Translations under genes and position numbers: made by a program | The notes under the pieces: generated by a model | Databases searched by the model: none | Told to the model about the DNA's origin: nothing | Seen by the model: only the letters and a program-made list of their open reading frames with translations | Shown here: piece by piece, positions 1 through 10,019 of the stretch | Position numbering within the stretch: position 1 is the stretch's first letter | Layout: the number at the start of each line of letters is the position of its first letter | Origin: an uncultured Alphaproteobacteria bacterium | GTDB taxonomy: Bacteria; Pseudomonadota; Alphaproteobacteria; HIMB59; GCA-002718135 | Direction of reading: 5' to 3' | Assembly: GCA_902572735.1 (NCBI GenBank) | Contig: CACGGX010000001.1 | Location: 50,294 to 114,293 of the forward strand | Length of the DNA: 64,000 nt

Positions 1-626
1 TCTGTTACAGTTTGTTTCCAAAATAAACCTGTTTCCATTACATTTGATTTTTCTACTGATGTAACTTTATTATTACGCAACTTTGCTAAATCAAATGCCA
101 CTCGTGAAACTCTATTAACTTCTGATGTGGTATACAGTTGAGTATCAACTGCCTTACTTTCAGTCTCACTAATTTTTGATATACCTCTTGGTTGTCCAAA
201 ATATACTCCACTTGTTAACTCTCTTATTATCAAAATATCTAATCCTTTTACAAGATCAGATTTTAAAGATGATGAATCTGAAAGAGCATCTAAAACAACC
301 GCTGGTCTTAGATTGGCAAAGAGATCAAGGTCCTTTCTTAATCTTAATAAGGCTGCTTCAGGTCTTTTATCTCTTTCTACGTTATCCCATTTAGCACCTC
401 CTACCGCACCAAATAATACTGCATCACAATCCATAGCTACTTGCATTGTTTCATCACTTATAGAATTACCTTCTTTATCGTATGCCGTACCACCAACTAA
501 TCTTTCAGAAATATCAAAAGATAAAGATTTAGTTTTTTCCATCCAATCAATGATTTTTAATACCTCAGCCATAACTTCATTGCCAATTCCATCACCAGGT
601 AAAATTAAAATTTTTTTATTACTCAT
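1..626 (-). CDS. leuB: 3-isopropylmalate dehydrogenase (3' end runs off the window)
   Basis: Manual translation from ATG at 626: MSNKKILILPGDGIGNEVMAE...LFGAVGG...LRKDLDLFANLRP...IIRELTSGVYFG...VEKSNV; follows leuD. Confidence 0.95.
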   Translation of the reverse strand, partial: MSNKKILILPGDGIGNEVMAEVLKIIDWMEKTKSLSFDISERLVGGTAYDKEGNSISDETMQVAMDCDAVLFGAVGGAKWDNVERDKRPEAALLRLRKDLDLFANLRPAVVLDALSDSSSLKSDLVKGLDILIIRELTSGVYFGQPRGISKISETESKAVDTQLYTTSEVNRVSRVAFDLAKLRNNKVTSVEKSNVMETGLFWKQTVT

Positions 627-632
627 TTTTGA

Positions 633-1235
633 CTACACTATCCAAGGTTGGATACTGTGTATTTTTTCTTCGTGAACATCAATTTTTTTATTTTTTTGGA
701 GCGTCAAACCAATATCATCCAAACCCTCTAGCAAACATTTTTTTCGAAATGCATCAATTTCAAATTCTATTGTTTTATCATTTTGATAAGTGATTTTTTG
801 ATTTTCTAAATCAACTGAAACATCATTTTTATTTTCTGCTTCGTTCATTAATATATCTACCTTTTGTTGATCTAACTTAATTGGCAGTATTCCATTTTTA
901 AAACAATTATTATAGAAAATATCTGCGAAACTTGGTGCAATTATTGACTTAAAACCAAAATCTAAAAGTGACCATGGTGCATGCTCTCTACTTGATCCAC
1001 AACCAAAATTTGCCCCAGCAATTAAAATTTTTGAAGTTTTATAAGGGTCCCAGTTTAGAACAAAATCATTCTTTATGTTACCTTGAATATCGTATCTTAA
1101 TTCATGAAATAAGTTTTTTCCTAAGCCAGATCTCTTTATTGTTTTCAAAAATTGTTTTGGAATAATCATATCAGTGTCGACATTAATCATTGGTAGTGGT
1201 GCAGGGATTCCAATTATTGCTTTAAATGATTCCAT
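633..1235 (-). CDS. leuD: 3-isopropylmalate dehydratase small subunit
   Basis: NVDTDMIIPKQFL and NFGCGSSREHAPW motifs. Confidence 0.97.
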   Translation of the reverse strand: MESFKAIIGIPAPLPMINVDTDMIIPKQFLKTIKRSGLGKNLFHELRYDIQGNIKNDFVLNWDPYKTSKILIAGANFGCGSSREHAPWSLLDFGFKSIIAPSFADIFYNNCFKNGILPIKLDQQKVDILMNEAENKNDVSVDLENQKITYQNDKTIEFEIDAFRKKCLLEGLDDIGLTLQKNKKIDVHEEKIHSIQPWIV

Positions 1236-2639
1236 TTATAAATCCTCTACTGTTGCAAAAGAACCTTTGATTGCAGAGGCAGCAGCTATTGCAGGACTAA
1301 CAAGATGTGTTCTACCTTCTCTACCTTGTCTGCCTTCAAAATTTCTATTTGATGTTGATGCACATCTTTCTTGCGGTTTTAATTGATCTGGATTCATAGC
1401 TAAACACATGGAACAACCTGGCTCTCTCCAATCAAATCCTGCTTCAATAAAAATTTTATCTAAACCTTCTTCTTCAGCTTGTTTTTTAACTAGACCTGAA
1501 CCAGGAACGATCATTGAGTCTACAGAAACTTTTTTGCCTTCTACAACTTTAGCAACTTCTCTTAAATCCTCAATTCTTCCATTGGTGCAAGAGCCAATAA
1601 ACACTTTATCAATTTTAATTTTTTGTATTTCTTGTTTGGGTTCTAAACCCATATATTCAAGAGAACGCTCCATAGCCTTCTTTCTATTTGGATTACTCTC
1701 TTCTTGTGGGTTTGGCACTATACCATTTATAGCAACAACGTCTTGTGGGCTTGTGCCCCAAGTAATTTGTGGTGAAATATCTTCAGCATTAATTAAAATT
1801 TCTTCATCATATTTTGCACCCTCATCAGAAGGAAGAGAATTCCAAAATTCTACCGCTTTGTCCCAATTATCTCCTGATGGAGCGTACGGTCTACCTTTAA
1901 TATATTCAAAAGTTTTTTCGTCAGGAGCGATTAAACCAGCTCTAGCACCTGCTTCAATACTCATATTACAGATTGTCATTCTTCCTTCCATAGAAAGAGA
2001 GGAAATTGCACTACCACCATATTCAATAACATAACCAGTTCCACCAGCTGTTCCTATCTTTCCTATGATATGAAGGATAATATCTTTTGCTGTAACACCT
2101 AAGTTTAATTTACCTTCAACAGAAATTCGCATATTCTTTGCAGGTTTTTGAATCAAGGTCTGAGTAGCTAATACATGTTCAACTTCACTTGTGCCGATAC
2201 CAAAAGCTAAGGCACCAAATGCTCCGTGTGTTGCTGTATGACTATCACCACAAACTATTGTCATACCTGGCTGAGTAATACCCTGTTCTGGTCCAACTAT
2301 ATGAACTATACCTTGTCTACTATCTAATAATGGAAAAAGTGTAACATCAAAATCTTTGCAATTTTTTTCTAGTGTTTCAACCTGAATTCTACTTTCTTTA
2401 TTTTCTATACCCTTAGATCTATCTGAAGTTGGGACATTATGATCAGCTACGGCAAAAGTACTTTCGGGTCTTCTAACTTTACGATTATTATTTCTCAAAC
2501 CTTCAAATGCTTGAGGACTTGTAACTTCATGAACAAGGTGTCTATCAATATATATAAGACAAGTTCCATCTTCTTGTCTATCGACAAGATGATGTTCCCA
2601 AATTTTATCGAAAAGTGTTTTAGGATTATTTATTGTCAT
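1236..2639 (-). CDS. leuC: 3-isopropylmalate dehydratase large subunit
   Basis: [41 protein letters not shown]; likely start ATG 2639 ([14 protein letters not shown]), overlapping the rplS end. Confidence 0.97.
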   Translation of the reverse strand: MTINNPKTLFDKIWEHHLVDRQEDGTCLIYIDRHLVHEVTSPQAFEGLRNNNRKVRRPESTFAVADHNVPTSDRSKGIENKESRIQVETLEKNCKDFDVTLFPLLDSRQGIVHIVGPEQGITQPGMTIVCGDSHTATHGAFGALAFGIGTSEVEHVLATQTLIQKPAKNMRISVEGKLNLGVTAKDIILHIIGKIGTAGGTGYVIEYGGSAISSLSMEGRMTICNMSIEAGARAGLIAPDEKTFEYIKGRPYAPSGDNWDKAVEFWNSLPSDEGAKYDEEILINAEDISPQITWGTSPQDVVAINGIVPNPQEESNPNRKKAMERSLEYMGLEPKQEIQKIKIDKVFIGSCTNGRIEDLREVAKVVEGKKVSVDSMIVPGSGLVKKQAEEEGLDKIFIEAGFDWREPGCSMCLAMNPDQLKPQERCASTSNRNFEGRQGREGRTHLVSPAIAAASAIKGSFATVEDL

Positions 2640-3231
2640 CCGATTTATTTTCGGCTGCTTTTTCCTCTTCTTTACTAGATTCATCTGCAGCTTCTGCTTT
2701 AGATTCTTCTGCTGGTTTGGCTTCTGCTTCTTCTACTTTTGTCTCTGCTTGTTTTGCTTCTGCCTCTTCAGCTTTTGGTTCATCTGCAGCATTTGTATCT
2801 GTATCTGCAGTTTTTGTTTCTTCTACTGGAGGAGCCTCCTCTATATATTCATATTGATCAGCTTCATCGCCCCTATCTTTATCTGCGATCCTTGCTTTCT
2901 TTCCAGATAATTCTCTCAGATAATATAGCTTAGCTCTTCTTACATCGCCTTTTCTAACAACTTCAATTTTTTCTACTAATGGACTGAATAAAGGAAATAC
3001 TCTTTCAACACCCTCGCCATGAGATATTTTTCTCACAGTAAAGTTAGAGTTTACTGAATTATTTTTTCTTGCAATACAAATACCTTCAAATGCTTGGAGT
3101 CTCGACTTACTTCCCTCTGTAATTCTTACAGTAACTTTTAAAGTATCACCTGGACGAAAAGCAGGAACTCTTTTTTTTGAAGTTAACTTTTCAATCTGTT
3201 GTTTTTCAAATGTCTCTAATAAATTACTCAT
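2626..3231 (-). CDS. rplS: 50S ribosomal protein L19 with long acidic Ala/Glu C-terminal tail
   Basis: [33 protein letters not shown]. Confidence 0.97.
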   Translation of the reverse strand: MSNLLETFEKQQIEKLTSKKRVPAFRPGDTLKVTVRITEGSKSRLQAFEGICIARKNNSVNSNFTVRKISHGEGVERVFPLFSPLVEKIEVVRKGDVRRAKLYYLRELSGKKARIADKDRGDEADQYEYIEEAPPVEETKTADTDTNAADEPKAEEAEAKQAETKVEEAEAKPAEESKAEAADESSKEEEKAAENKSDDNK

Positions 3232-3232
3232 T

Positions 3233-3931
3233 TTATATTTCCTTTTTATAAAGATCTGGTCTTAATTCTTTAGTTTTTTCAACCGATTTTTCTTTTCTCC
3301 ATTTATCAATTTTTTCATGATGACCTGATGTTAAAACATCTGGAACTTCATGTTTATTTCCGTGAATATCTTCCCAGGTTTGTGGTCTGGTATAATGAGG
3401 ATATTCAAGAAGATTATTAGAAAAAGATTCTTCTAATAAACTTTGTGGCTGCCCTAATACTCCAGGAATGAGACGAATACAACCTTCAACTAACACCTGG
3501 GCAGCAATCTCACCACCAGATAGGACGTAATCACCGATACTTATTTCCTGAAAATCAAGAATTTCTATAGCTCTTTGGTCAACTCCTTCAAATCTACCGC
3601 ATAAAATAAGCATTTCATCATGTTTTGATAAATTATTAAGTTTGGCTTGAGATAATTTCTGACCTGACGGTGTTAGAAAAATTTTGCAGTAATTATCGGT
3701 TTTGAAAGTGATTGAATTTAATGCTTTTTCAATCACATCTGGACGAATAACCATTCCAGGGCCTCCCCCAAAAGGTTCGTCATCAACACTTCCTCTTTTG
3801 TCAATTCCAAAATTATGTAGATTGACTATCTCGAGAGAAAATTTTTTATTGTTTAATGCATTTCCGATTATAGAATATCCTAGTGAACCAGGGAACATCT
3901 CAGGATAACAAGTTAAAATTACTACTCTCAT
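3233..3931 (-). CDS. trmD: tRNA (guanine37-N1)-methyltransferase
   Basis: [44 protein letters not shown]; likely ATG 3931. Confidence 0.97.
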   Translation of the reverse strand: MRVVILTCYPEMFPGSLGYSIIGNALNNKKFSLEIVNLHNFGIDKRGSVDDEPFGGGPGMVIRPDVIEKALNSITFKTDNYCKIFLTPSGQKLSQAKLNNLSKHDEMLILCGRFEGVDQRAIEILDFQEISIGDYVLSGGEIAAQVLVEGCIRLIPGVLGQPQSLLEESFSNNLLEYPHYTRPQTWEDIHGNKHEVPDVLTSGHHEKIDKWRKEKSVEKTKELRPDLYKKEI

Positions 3932-3932
3932 T

Positions 3933-4439
3933 TTAATCAAGAATACCAGGTATTGGATCAGCTATAATTTCTTTTTTATTAATATTAACTGATAAAATAT
4001 TTGTTTTATCAAAAGGTATAAGAATAAGTTTGGTATTATATTTGACTTCTAATAAATCACCTGCCCCAAAATTTTGAACACTTAAAACTTTTCCAATTCT
4101 AGTATTGTCTTTCAAGAAAATCATGCATTCGATTAGATCATTTATGTAAAACTCATTATTTTTTGTTTTTGGAAAAAATTTCTTATTTGAAAAAATTTTT
4201 TGACCTTTAAGCTCTAAAACATCTTCTCTAGAAAAGTATTTTTCAACTTGAACAACACACTTATTATTTTTGAATAAAATATTTTTAAAATTCCAAGCAA
4301 CTGAACCATCAAAATTATAATAGTTTTTTAAATTTTTAAAAACTTCAAACGAGGTAGTCATCATATTAACTTTTATTTCACCTTTTAATCCTACAGGAGA
4401 TCCAAACTGACCAACAAGAATAATATCTTTATTACTCAA
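3933..4439 (-). CDS. rimM: 16S rRNA processing protein RimM
   Basis: VGQFGSPVGLKGEIK, EFYINDLI, NFGAGDLLEV; lies between rpsP and trmD. Confidence 0.92.
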   Translation of the reverse strand: MSNKDIILVGQFGSPVGLKGEIKVNMMTTSFEVFKNLKNYYNFDGSVAWNFKNILFKNNKCVVQVEKYFSREDVLELKGQKIFSNKKFFPKTKNNEFYINDLIECMIFLKDNTRIGKVLSVQNFGAGDLLEVKYNTKLILIPFDKTNILSVNINKKEIIADPIPGILD

Positions 4440-4453
4440 AGCAAAAATTGATT

Positions 4454-4909
4454 TTATTCTTTTTTAGCTTCTGCTTCTTCTGCTTTTGGTTCTTCAGCAG
4501 GTTGCGCTTCTTCAGCTGGTTTAGCTTCTGCTTCTTCTGCTTTTGGTTCTTCTGCTGCAGTTTTCGCAGCTTCTTCTTTTTCTTTAGCAGCAGCCAAACG
4601 TTCCTGTGCTTTTTTCTTAGGTAGATGTTTTTTTGTTTTTTCAGTAATAACTGGTTTTTCCATCACACCAAGATTGCTAAGAAAAATAGAAATTCTATCT
4701 GATGGCTTTGCTCCTTTTGCAATCCATTCCTTAGCTTTATCTAAATCCATTTTAACTCTATCAGCGCTATCCTTTGGAAGCATCGGGTTATAAGTTCCGA
4801 TTTGATCTATAAATTTTCCATCTCTAGCTCTTCTAGAATCAGCAACTACTATTCTATAAAATGGTCTTTTCTTTGCACCACCTCTTGATAATCTTATTCT
4901 TACTGGCAT
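4454..4909 (-). CDS. rpsP: 30S ribosomal protein S16 with acidic repeat tail
   Basis: [22 protein letters not shown]...GTYNP. Confidence 0.97.
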   Translation of the reverse strand: MPVRIRLSRGGAKKRPFYRIVVADSRRARDGKFIDQIGTYNPMLPKDSADRVKMDLDKAKEWIAKGAKPSDRISIFLSNLGVMEKPVITEKTKKHLPKKKAQERLAAAKEKEEAAKTAAEEPKAEEAEAKPAEEAQPAEEPKAEEAEAKKE

Positions 4910-4921
4910 TTTATTTCCTTT

Positions 4922-6286
4922 CTAATTTATGTTTGGAGGAAGATTTCCTTGTAATTTTTGCATTAAATCACTGGGAATTCCTCCTTTGCCCATTGATTTC
5001 ATTCTCTTCATCATTTTTTGTGATTGGAGAAACTGTTTTAATAACCTGTTAACGTCTTGAACTTTTGTTCCAGATCCTTTTGAAATTCTAATTTTACGTG
5101 AAGCCTTTATAATATCTGGATCAGCTCTTTCTTTTTTTGTCATTGAACTGATTATAGCTATTTGTTTATCAATCATTGAATTAGAAATTTTATTTTCTGC
5201 CATTAACTTCTGTGCCTTTGAAACACCTGGCATCATAGAAAGTAAACCGGAGACTCCACCCATTTTACCCATTTGCTTTAATTGATTGGCAAAATCTTCA
5301 AGATCAAATTTTCCTTTAGCGATCTTTTTTGCCATATCTTGCATTTCTTCTTTATCAATATTTTCAGCAGCCTTTTCGACGAGAGATACAATATCTCCCA
5401 TACCTAAAATTCTTTGTGCAATTCTTTCAGGATGGAAAGGTTCAAAATTTTCTACTTTTTCACCTAGTCCTATAAATTTTATAGGAGAGTTTGTTATTGA
5501 TTTAATTGATAGTGCTGCACCACCTCTGCTATCACCATCTATTCGAGTTAAAATTGATCCAGTAATATTTATTGCATCACTAAAACTTTTAGCTACATTT
5601 GCAGCGTCTTGTCCTGTTAGAGCATCTGCTACTAATAATGTTTCATCAGGTTTAAACTTATTTTCAATTTCTATTAATTCACTCATTAACTTTTTATCTA
5701 CAACTTGTCGTCCAGCAGTATCTAAAATAAGAATATCAAATAAATTTTTTTGAGCATAGTCTATGGAATCATCAACAATCTTACTGGCTGATGATAGATT
5801 GTGATTAAAGAAATCTGAGCCGGTTTCTTCAGCTAATACTTTTAATTGTTCTTGTGCTGCTGGTCTATAAATGTCTGCTGATGCTAGTAAAATTTTTTTC
5901 TTTGAAGACTTCTTTAACAAATAGGAAAGTTTGGCAATTGTTGTTGTTTTTCCAGATCCCTGTAATCCACAAAACAATATTTTAGTTAATTGAGACGAAG
6001 ATAAATTTAGAGATTTATTTTCTGATCCAAGAATTTTTACAAGCTCATCTTGCACAAGCTTTATGATCATTTGATCTGGCTTAACAGATTTGAGAATTTC
6101 TTTTCCTAAAATGTTTGACTTGATGGAATTTATAAATTCTTTTACTACAACTAATGAAACGTCTGCCTCTAACAGAGCAATTCTAATTTCACGTAATGTA
6201 ACTTCAAGATCTGTTTCTGATATAACAGCCTTACCACGAATACTTTGAACAATTTTTTCAAATTTTGTGTTCAGTGTATCAAACAT
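4922..6286 (-). CDS. ffh: signal recognition particle protein Ffh
   Basis: ALLEADV, GLQGSGKTTT, DTAGR, FHPERIAQRILGMGD, Met-rich M domain; likely start ATG 6286 (MFDTLN) with GGAG RBS. Confidence 0.97.
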   Translation of the reverse strand: MFDTLNTKFEKIVQSIRGKAVISETDLEVTLREIRIALLEADVSLVVVKEFINSIKSNILGKEILKSVKPDQMIIKLVQDELVKILGSENKSLNLSSSQLTKILFCGLQGSGKTTTIAKLSYLLKKSSKKKILLASADIYRPAAQEQLKVLAEETGSDFFNHNLSSASKIVDDSIDYAQKNLFDILILDTAGRQVVDKKLMSELIEIENKFKPDETLLVADALTGQDAANVAKSFSDAINITGSILTRIDGDSRGGAALSIKSITNSPIKFIGLGEKVENFEPFHPERIAQRILGMGDIVSLVEKAAENIDKEEMQDMAKKIAKGKFDLEDFANQLKQMGKMGGVSGLLSMMPGVSKAQKLMAENKISNSMIDKQIAIISSMTKKERADPDIIKASRKIRISKGSGTKVQDVNRLLKQFLQSQKMMKRMKSMGKGGIPSDLMQKLQGNLPPNIN

Positions 6287-6395
6287 AAATCTCCAATAGC
6301 CTTTTAACTCCAGGGCACGAAACTCGTGGGCTAGAGTACCTATCACAATTGTAACAAGCTCAATTCATTTACAAATATAGGATTTCTTGATGACC
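6287..6395 (-). ncRNA. structured 5' leader of ffh (probable alphaproteobacterial ffh RNA motif)
   Basis: Minus-strand bulged hairpin ACUCUAG-cc-CACGA-guu-UCGUG-cc-CUGGAGU (6337-6307), GC-rich in an AT-rich genome, upstream of the ffh RBS; boundaries approximate. Confidence 0.6.
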
Positions 6396-6423
6396 CTCTA
6401 TTAGCTGAATAATTGAAAGTCAA
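6395..6423 (-). promoter_or_regulatory. putative sigma70 promoter of the ffh operon
   Basis: TTGACT (6423-6418) followed at suitable spacing by GCTAATAG, an alphaproteobacterial-type -10. Confidence 0.45.
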
Positions 6424-6483
6424 GTATTCTTAAATTTCCCATATTTACTGAGATTTATCGATAAATTAGGTTATAAAACAAAT

Positions 6484-7302
6484 ATGCAAAAAGTAGACTT
6501 TATAAAGATGCATGGACTTGGGAATGATTTTGTTATCATAGATAAAAGGTCTAACAATATAGCAATTACTGAAGATATTATTAAAAGACTCAGTGACAGA
6601 AGAACTGGGGCAGGATGTGATCAATTAATCACAATTAATAATACAAGTAATCAAAGTGCTGATGCTGAAATTGAAATTTTTAATCCTGGTGGTGATAGAG
6701 CCGAAGCTTGTGGTAATGGAACACGCTGTGTGGCAAAAATACTATTTGATGAAGATTCAAATAAAGAGATTTTAAAAATTCAATCTGATGCAGGTATATT
6801 AGAAGCAAAAAAAATAGATAACAATATAAGTGTCAACATGGGTTCAATAAAAAATACTTGGGATAAAATTCCTTTAAGTAAAGAAGTCGATACAATGAAT
6901 ATACCAATTTCAATTGATGGATATAGTAATGGGGTTGCTGTTAATGTAGGTAATCCACATGTAGTTTTTTTTGGGAAATCGATCAAAGATACAGATCTTG
7001 AAAATATAGGTCCTAAAATAGAAAATAATGAGCTCTTTCCAAAAAAAACTAATGTTGAAATAGTTGAAGTTATTAATTCAAAATTAATTGAAATGAGAGT
7101 TTGGGAACGTGGAGTTGGAATCACGTTAGCTTGTGGTAGTGGTGCCTGTGCGGCTGTATATGCGGCATGGAAAAAAGGGTTGATTGAAAATAACGCTGAA
7201 GTTAAACTTGAAAAAGGTTCACTGTACATAAATATAATTAATAATGAATCTATTATGATAGGACCTGCAGAAATAAGTTATCGGGGTAGTTTAGAAATAT
7301 AA
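6484..7302 (+). CDS. dapF: diaminopimelate epimerase
   Basis: KMHGLGNDF, EACGNGTRC, VGNPH, ERGVGITLACGSGAC. Confidence 0.97.
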   Translation: MQKVDFIKMHGLGNDFVIIDKRSNNIAITEDIIKRLSDRRTGAGCDQLITINNTSNQSADAEIEIFNPGGDRAEACGNGTRCVAKILFDEDSNKEILKIQSDAGILEAKKIDNNISVNMGSIKNTWDKIPLSKEVDTMNIPISIDGYSNGVAVNVGNPHVVFFGKSIKDTDLENIGPKIENNELFPKKTNVEIVEVINSKLIEMRVWERGVGITLACGSGACAAVYAAWKKGLIENNAEVKLEKGSLYINIINNESIMIGPAEISYRGSLEI

Positions 7303-7305
7303 TTT

Positions 7306-8565
7306 ATGAAAAATAAAAATTACGTAGTCAATCTAGGTTGTAGATTGAATATTTATGAAGGTGAAATTATTAAAAACCATATTAAAACAAATAATTTAAA
7401 TAATGTTACAGTCATAAACTCATGTGCAGTAACTGAAGAAGCTGAGAAAAAAGTTTCTTATGAAATTAGAAAGGCAAAAAAAAATTTTCCTAATAATAAA
7501 ATAGTAGTTACAGGATGTGCGGCTCAAATCAATCCATTAAAATATAAAGACTTAAAAGAAGTAGACTCAGTAATTGGGAACACAGAAAAATTAGAAACTT
7601 TAACATGGAAAAATATCGATCAGTCTAAAAATCTTAAAGTAGGAAATATATTAGAAGAAAGTAAAACAGTACCTAATTCAATTGAAAAATTTGAAGGAAA
7701 ATCGAGAGCTTATATTGAAATACAACAAGGTTGTAACCATCGCTGTACTTTTTGTATTATTCCATTTGGCAGAGGCAATAATAGAAGTGTACCTGCTGGA
7801 GAGATAGTAAATAAAATAAAAAAAATTGTTAGCAATGGATATAATGAAGTAGTCTTAACAGGAGTAGATATAACTGATTATGGAAAAGATCTTCCAGCAA
7901 AACCTACTTTTTCTAATTTAATTAAAAGAATTCTAAAATTAGTACCTGAATTAAGACAGCTGCGTTTGTCTTCAATTGACTGCGCTGAAATAGACGAAAA
8001 TTTTTGGGATGTTTTAAAGGACGAAAGATTGATGCCTCATTTTCATATAAGTTTGCAGGCTGGAAACAATTTAATTTTAAAAAGAATGAAAAGAAGACAT
8101 TCAAGAGAAATGGCAATTAATTTTTGTAAAAAAGTTTTATCCATAAGGAAAGATGCAACATTTGGTGCTGATATAATTGCCGGTTTTCCAACAGAGACAG
8201 AAACAATGTTTCAAGATTCAATTAAACTAGTTGATGAGTGTAATTTAACTCATCTTCATATTTTTCCATATTCACCAAGAGAAAACACTCCTGCATCTAG
8301 AATGCCTCAAGTTCAAAAAAATATTATCAAAGATAGAGCAAGAAGACTTAGAGAAAGAGGTATGGAAAAACTAAAACAACATTTAAAAAAAAATATTGGA
8401 AAGAAGGAACAAATTTTAATTGAAAGTAGAAAAGAAAATTTTTCACTTGGAAAAGATCAGCATTTTTTAAAAGTAAAACTTGAAGAAGAGTTTAAAGAGG
8501 GGAATATAATTTCCTGTATATACACAGGCGTAGAAAATGATACGTTATTAGCAAGAATAGCATGA
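7306..8565 (+). CDS. mtaB: tRNA t6A37 methylthiotransferase (MiaB-like radical SAM)
   Basis: LGCRLN, NSCAVT, VTGCAAQ, GCNHRCTFC; dapF-mtaB-ftsY synteny. Confidence 0.9.
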   Translation: MKNKNYVVNLGCRLNIYEGEIIKNHIKTNNLNNVTVINSCAVTEEAEKKVSYEIRKAKKNFPNNKIVVTGCAAQINPLKYKDLKEVDSVIGNTEKLETLTWKNIDQSKNLKVGNILEESKTVPNSIEKFEGKSRAYIEIQQGCNHRCTFCIIPFGRGNNRSVPAGEIVNKIKKIVSNGYNEVVLTGVDITDYGKDLPAKPTFSNLIKRILKLVPELRQLRLSSIDCAEIDENFWDVLKDERLMPHFHISLQAGNNLILKRMKRRHSREMAINFCKKVLSIRKDATFGADIIAGFPTETETMFQDSIKLVDECNLTHLHIFPYSPRENTPASRMPQVQKNIIKDRARRLRERGMEKLKQHLKKNIGKKEQILIESRKENFSLGKDQHFLKVKLEEEFKEGNIISCIYTGVENDTLLARIA

Positions 8566-9482
8566 GTTTGTTCTCAATATTTAAAGATAAGTTAAGTAAA
8601 ACTTCAAATAAACTTTCTTTTAATATTTTAGAGATTTTAAAAAACAAAAAAATAGACGATTTAACTTTAGAAGAATTAGAAAATGTTCTTATTTCATCTG
8701 ATATTAGTTTGGATGTTGTAAATCAGCTAATAGATTCAATAAAAAAAATAAGAATTTCAAATGATGATGGAATAAAAAATGTATTAGAAATCTTAGCTCA
8801 AAATATAGAAAGTATATTACTTCCAAGAGAACATGTTCTGATAAATGAAAAAAATGATGAAAAAAAAATATTAATATTCATTGGAGTAAACGGAAGTGGA
8901 AAGACAACTACTATTGGTAAAATTGCAAATAAAATTTTATCAAATAAAAAAATTCTGATTGCGGCTTGTGATACATTTAGAGCAGCAGCTGTTGAGCAGT
9001 TGGAAAATTGGGCGAAAAAAAATAATAATGGTTTTATCGCTGGAAAAAGTAATCAAGATCCAGCAAGTGTAGCGTATCAGGCAACTGAAGAATTTGAAAA
9101 AGAAAATTATGATTTTTTACTTATTGATACTGCTGGAAGATTATCAAATAATACTAACCTCATTAATCAGCTAATTAAATTGAAGAATGTTATCTCAAAA
9201 TTTAATTCCTCTTTTAATATTGAAACTGTGTTAGTTTTAGATGGAACAAATGGTTCGAACATGATTAAGCAAGTGGAAATCTTTGGAAATGAACTTGATG
9301 TATCAAGTCTTATAATAACTAAATTGGATGGAACAGCAAAAGGTGGCGCATTAATTTCAATTGCAAATAAATTTGAAATCCCTATAAGTTATGTTGGTCT
9401 TGGAGAAAGTATTGAGGATCTTGTAACCTTTAATTCTCAAAACTTTGCTAGATCTATTTTAAATCTAGAAGAACAAAAATGA
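8562..9482 (+). CDS. ftsY: SRP receptor FtsY (NG domains only)
   Basis: GVNGSGKTTTIGK, DTFRAAA, DTAGR, TKLDGTAKGG. Confidence 0.96.
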   Translation: MSLFSIFKDKLSKTSNKLSFNILEILKNKKIDDLTLEELENVLISSDISLDVVNQLIDSIKKIRISNDDGIKNVLEILAQNIESILLPREHVLINEKNDEKKILIFIGVNGSGKTTTIGKIANKILSNKKILIAACDTFRAAAVEQLENWAKKNNNGFIAGKSNQDPASVAYQATEEFEKENYDFLLIDTAGRLSNNTNLINQLIKLKNVISKFNSSFNIETVLVLDGTNGSNMIKQVEIFGNELDVSSLIITKLDGTAKGGALISIANKFEIPISYVGLGESIEDLVTFNSQNFARSILNLEEQK

Positions 9483-10018
9483 AGTCAGTTTATAAATTAT
9501 TAATTGATATAGGACCGCTTGCAGTATTCTTTATTTTTTATACAAGAAGTGGGCTTAAAGAAGCAATACTTCCTCTTATGATTGCAACTGTAATTTCAGT
9601 AATCATTTCATATATACTTGAGAAAAAAATACCAATTATGCCAACTCTCGGGGCTTCGATTGTATTAATATTTGGAGGTCTAACAATTTATTTTGACAAT
9701 GAAATTTTTATTAAAATGAAACCAACAATAATAAATATGGTCTTCGCACTAATTTTATATGGAGGAGTGATTGTTAAAAAACCTCTTTTAAAGTATCTTT
9801 TAGGTGCTGCACTTAAACTAGAAGAAGATGGATGGAGAATATTAACTCAAAGGTGGATTGCTTTTTTTGTTGCACTTGCTGTTTTAAATGAAATTGTTTG
9901 GAGAACACAAAGTACTGATGTTTGGGTAAATTTTAAAGTTTTTGGTATATTGCCAATTACGTTTATTTTTACGATGACACAATTCCCTTTAATTAAAAAA
10001 TATCAAATTGAAGATTAA
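9479..10018 (+). CDS. ispZ: intracellular septation protein A (YciB/IspZ)
   Basis: DIGPLAVFF, FIKMKPT, LNEIVWR, WVNFKVFG. Confidence 0.92.
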   Translation: MKSVYKLLIDIGPLAVFFIFYTRSGLKEAILPLMIATVISVIISYILEKKIPIMPTLGASIVLIFGGLTIYFDNEIFIKMKPTIINMVFALILYGGVIVKKPLLKYLLGAALKLEEDGWRILTQRWIAFFVALAVLNEIVWRTQSTDVWVNFKVFGILPITFIFTMTQFPLIKKYQIED

Positions 10019-10019
10019 G

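Noticed and set aside
1408-2034. 208-aa plus-strand ORF and similar antisense ORFs (313-675, 5286-5753, 6780-7229, 14873-15181, 55498-55788, 56119-56424)
   Set aside because: Shadows of well-conserved genes on the opposite strand; Ser/Phe/Ile-rich with no motifs
2640-2684. Long leuC/rplS overlap or leucine attenuator
   Set aside because: The likely leuC start at 2639 leaves only a 14-nt overlap; no Leu-rich leader peptide or attenuator hairpin is visible
6287-6346. N-terminal extension of Ffh given by the ORF track
   Set aside because: Runs through the leader hairpin; ATG 6286 has an RBS and gives the typical MF..L start
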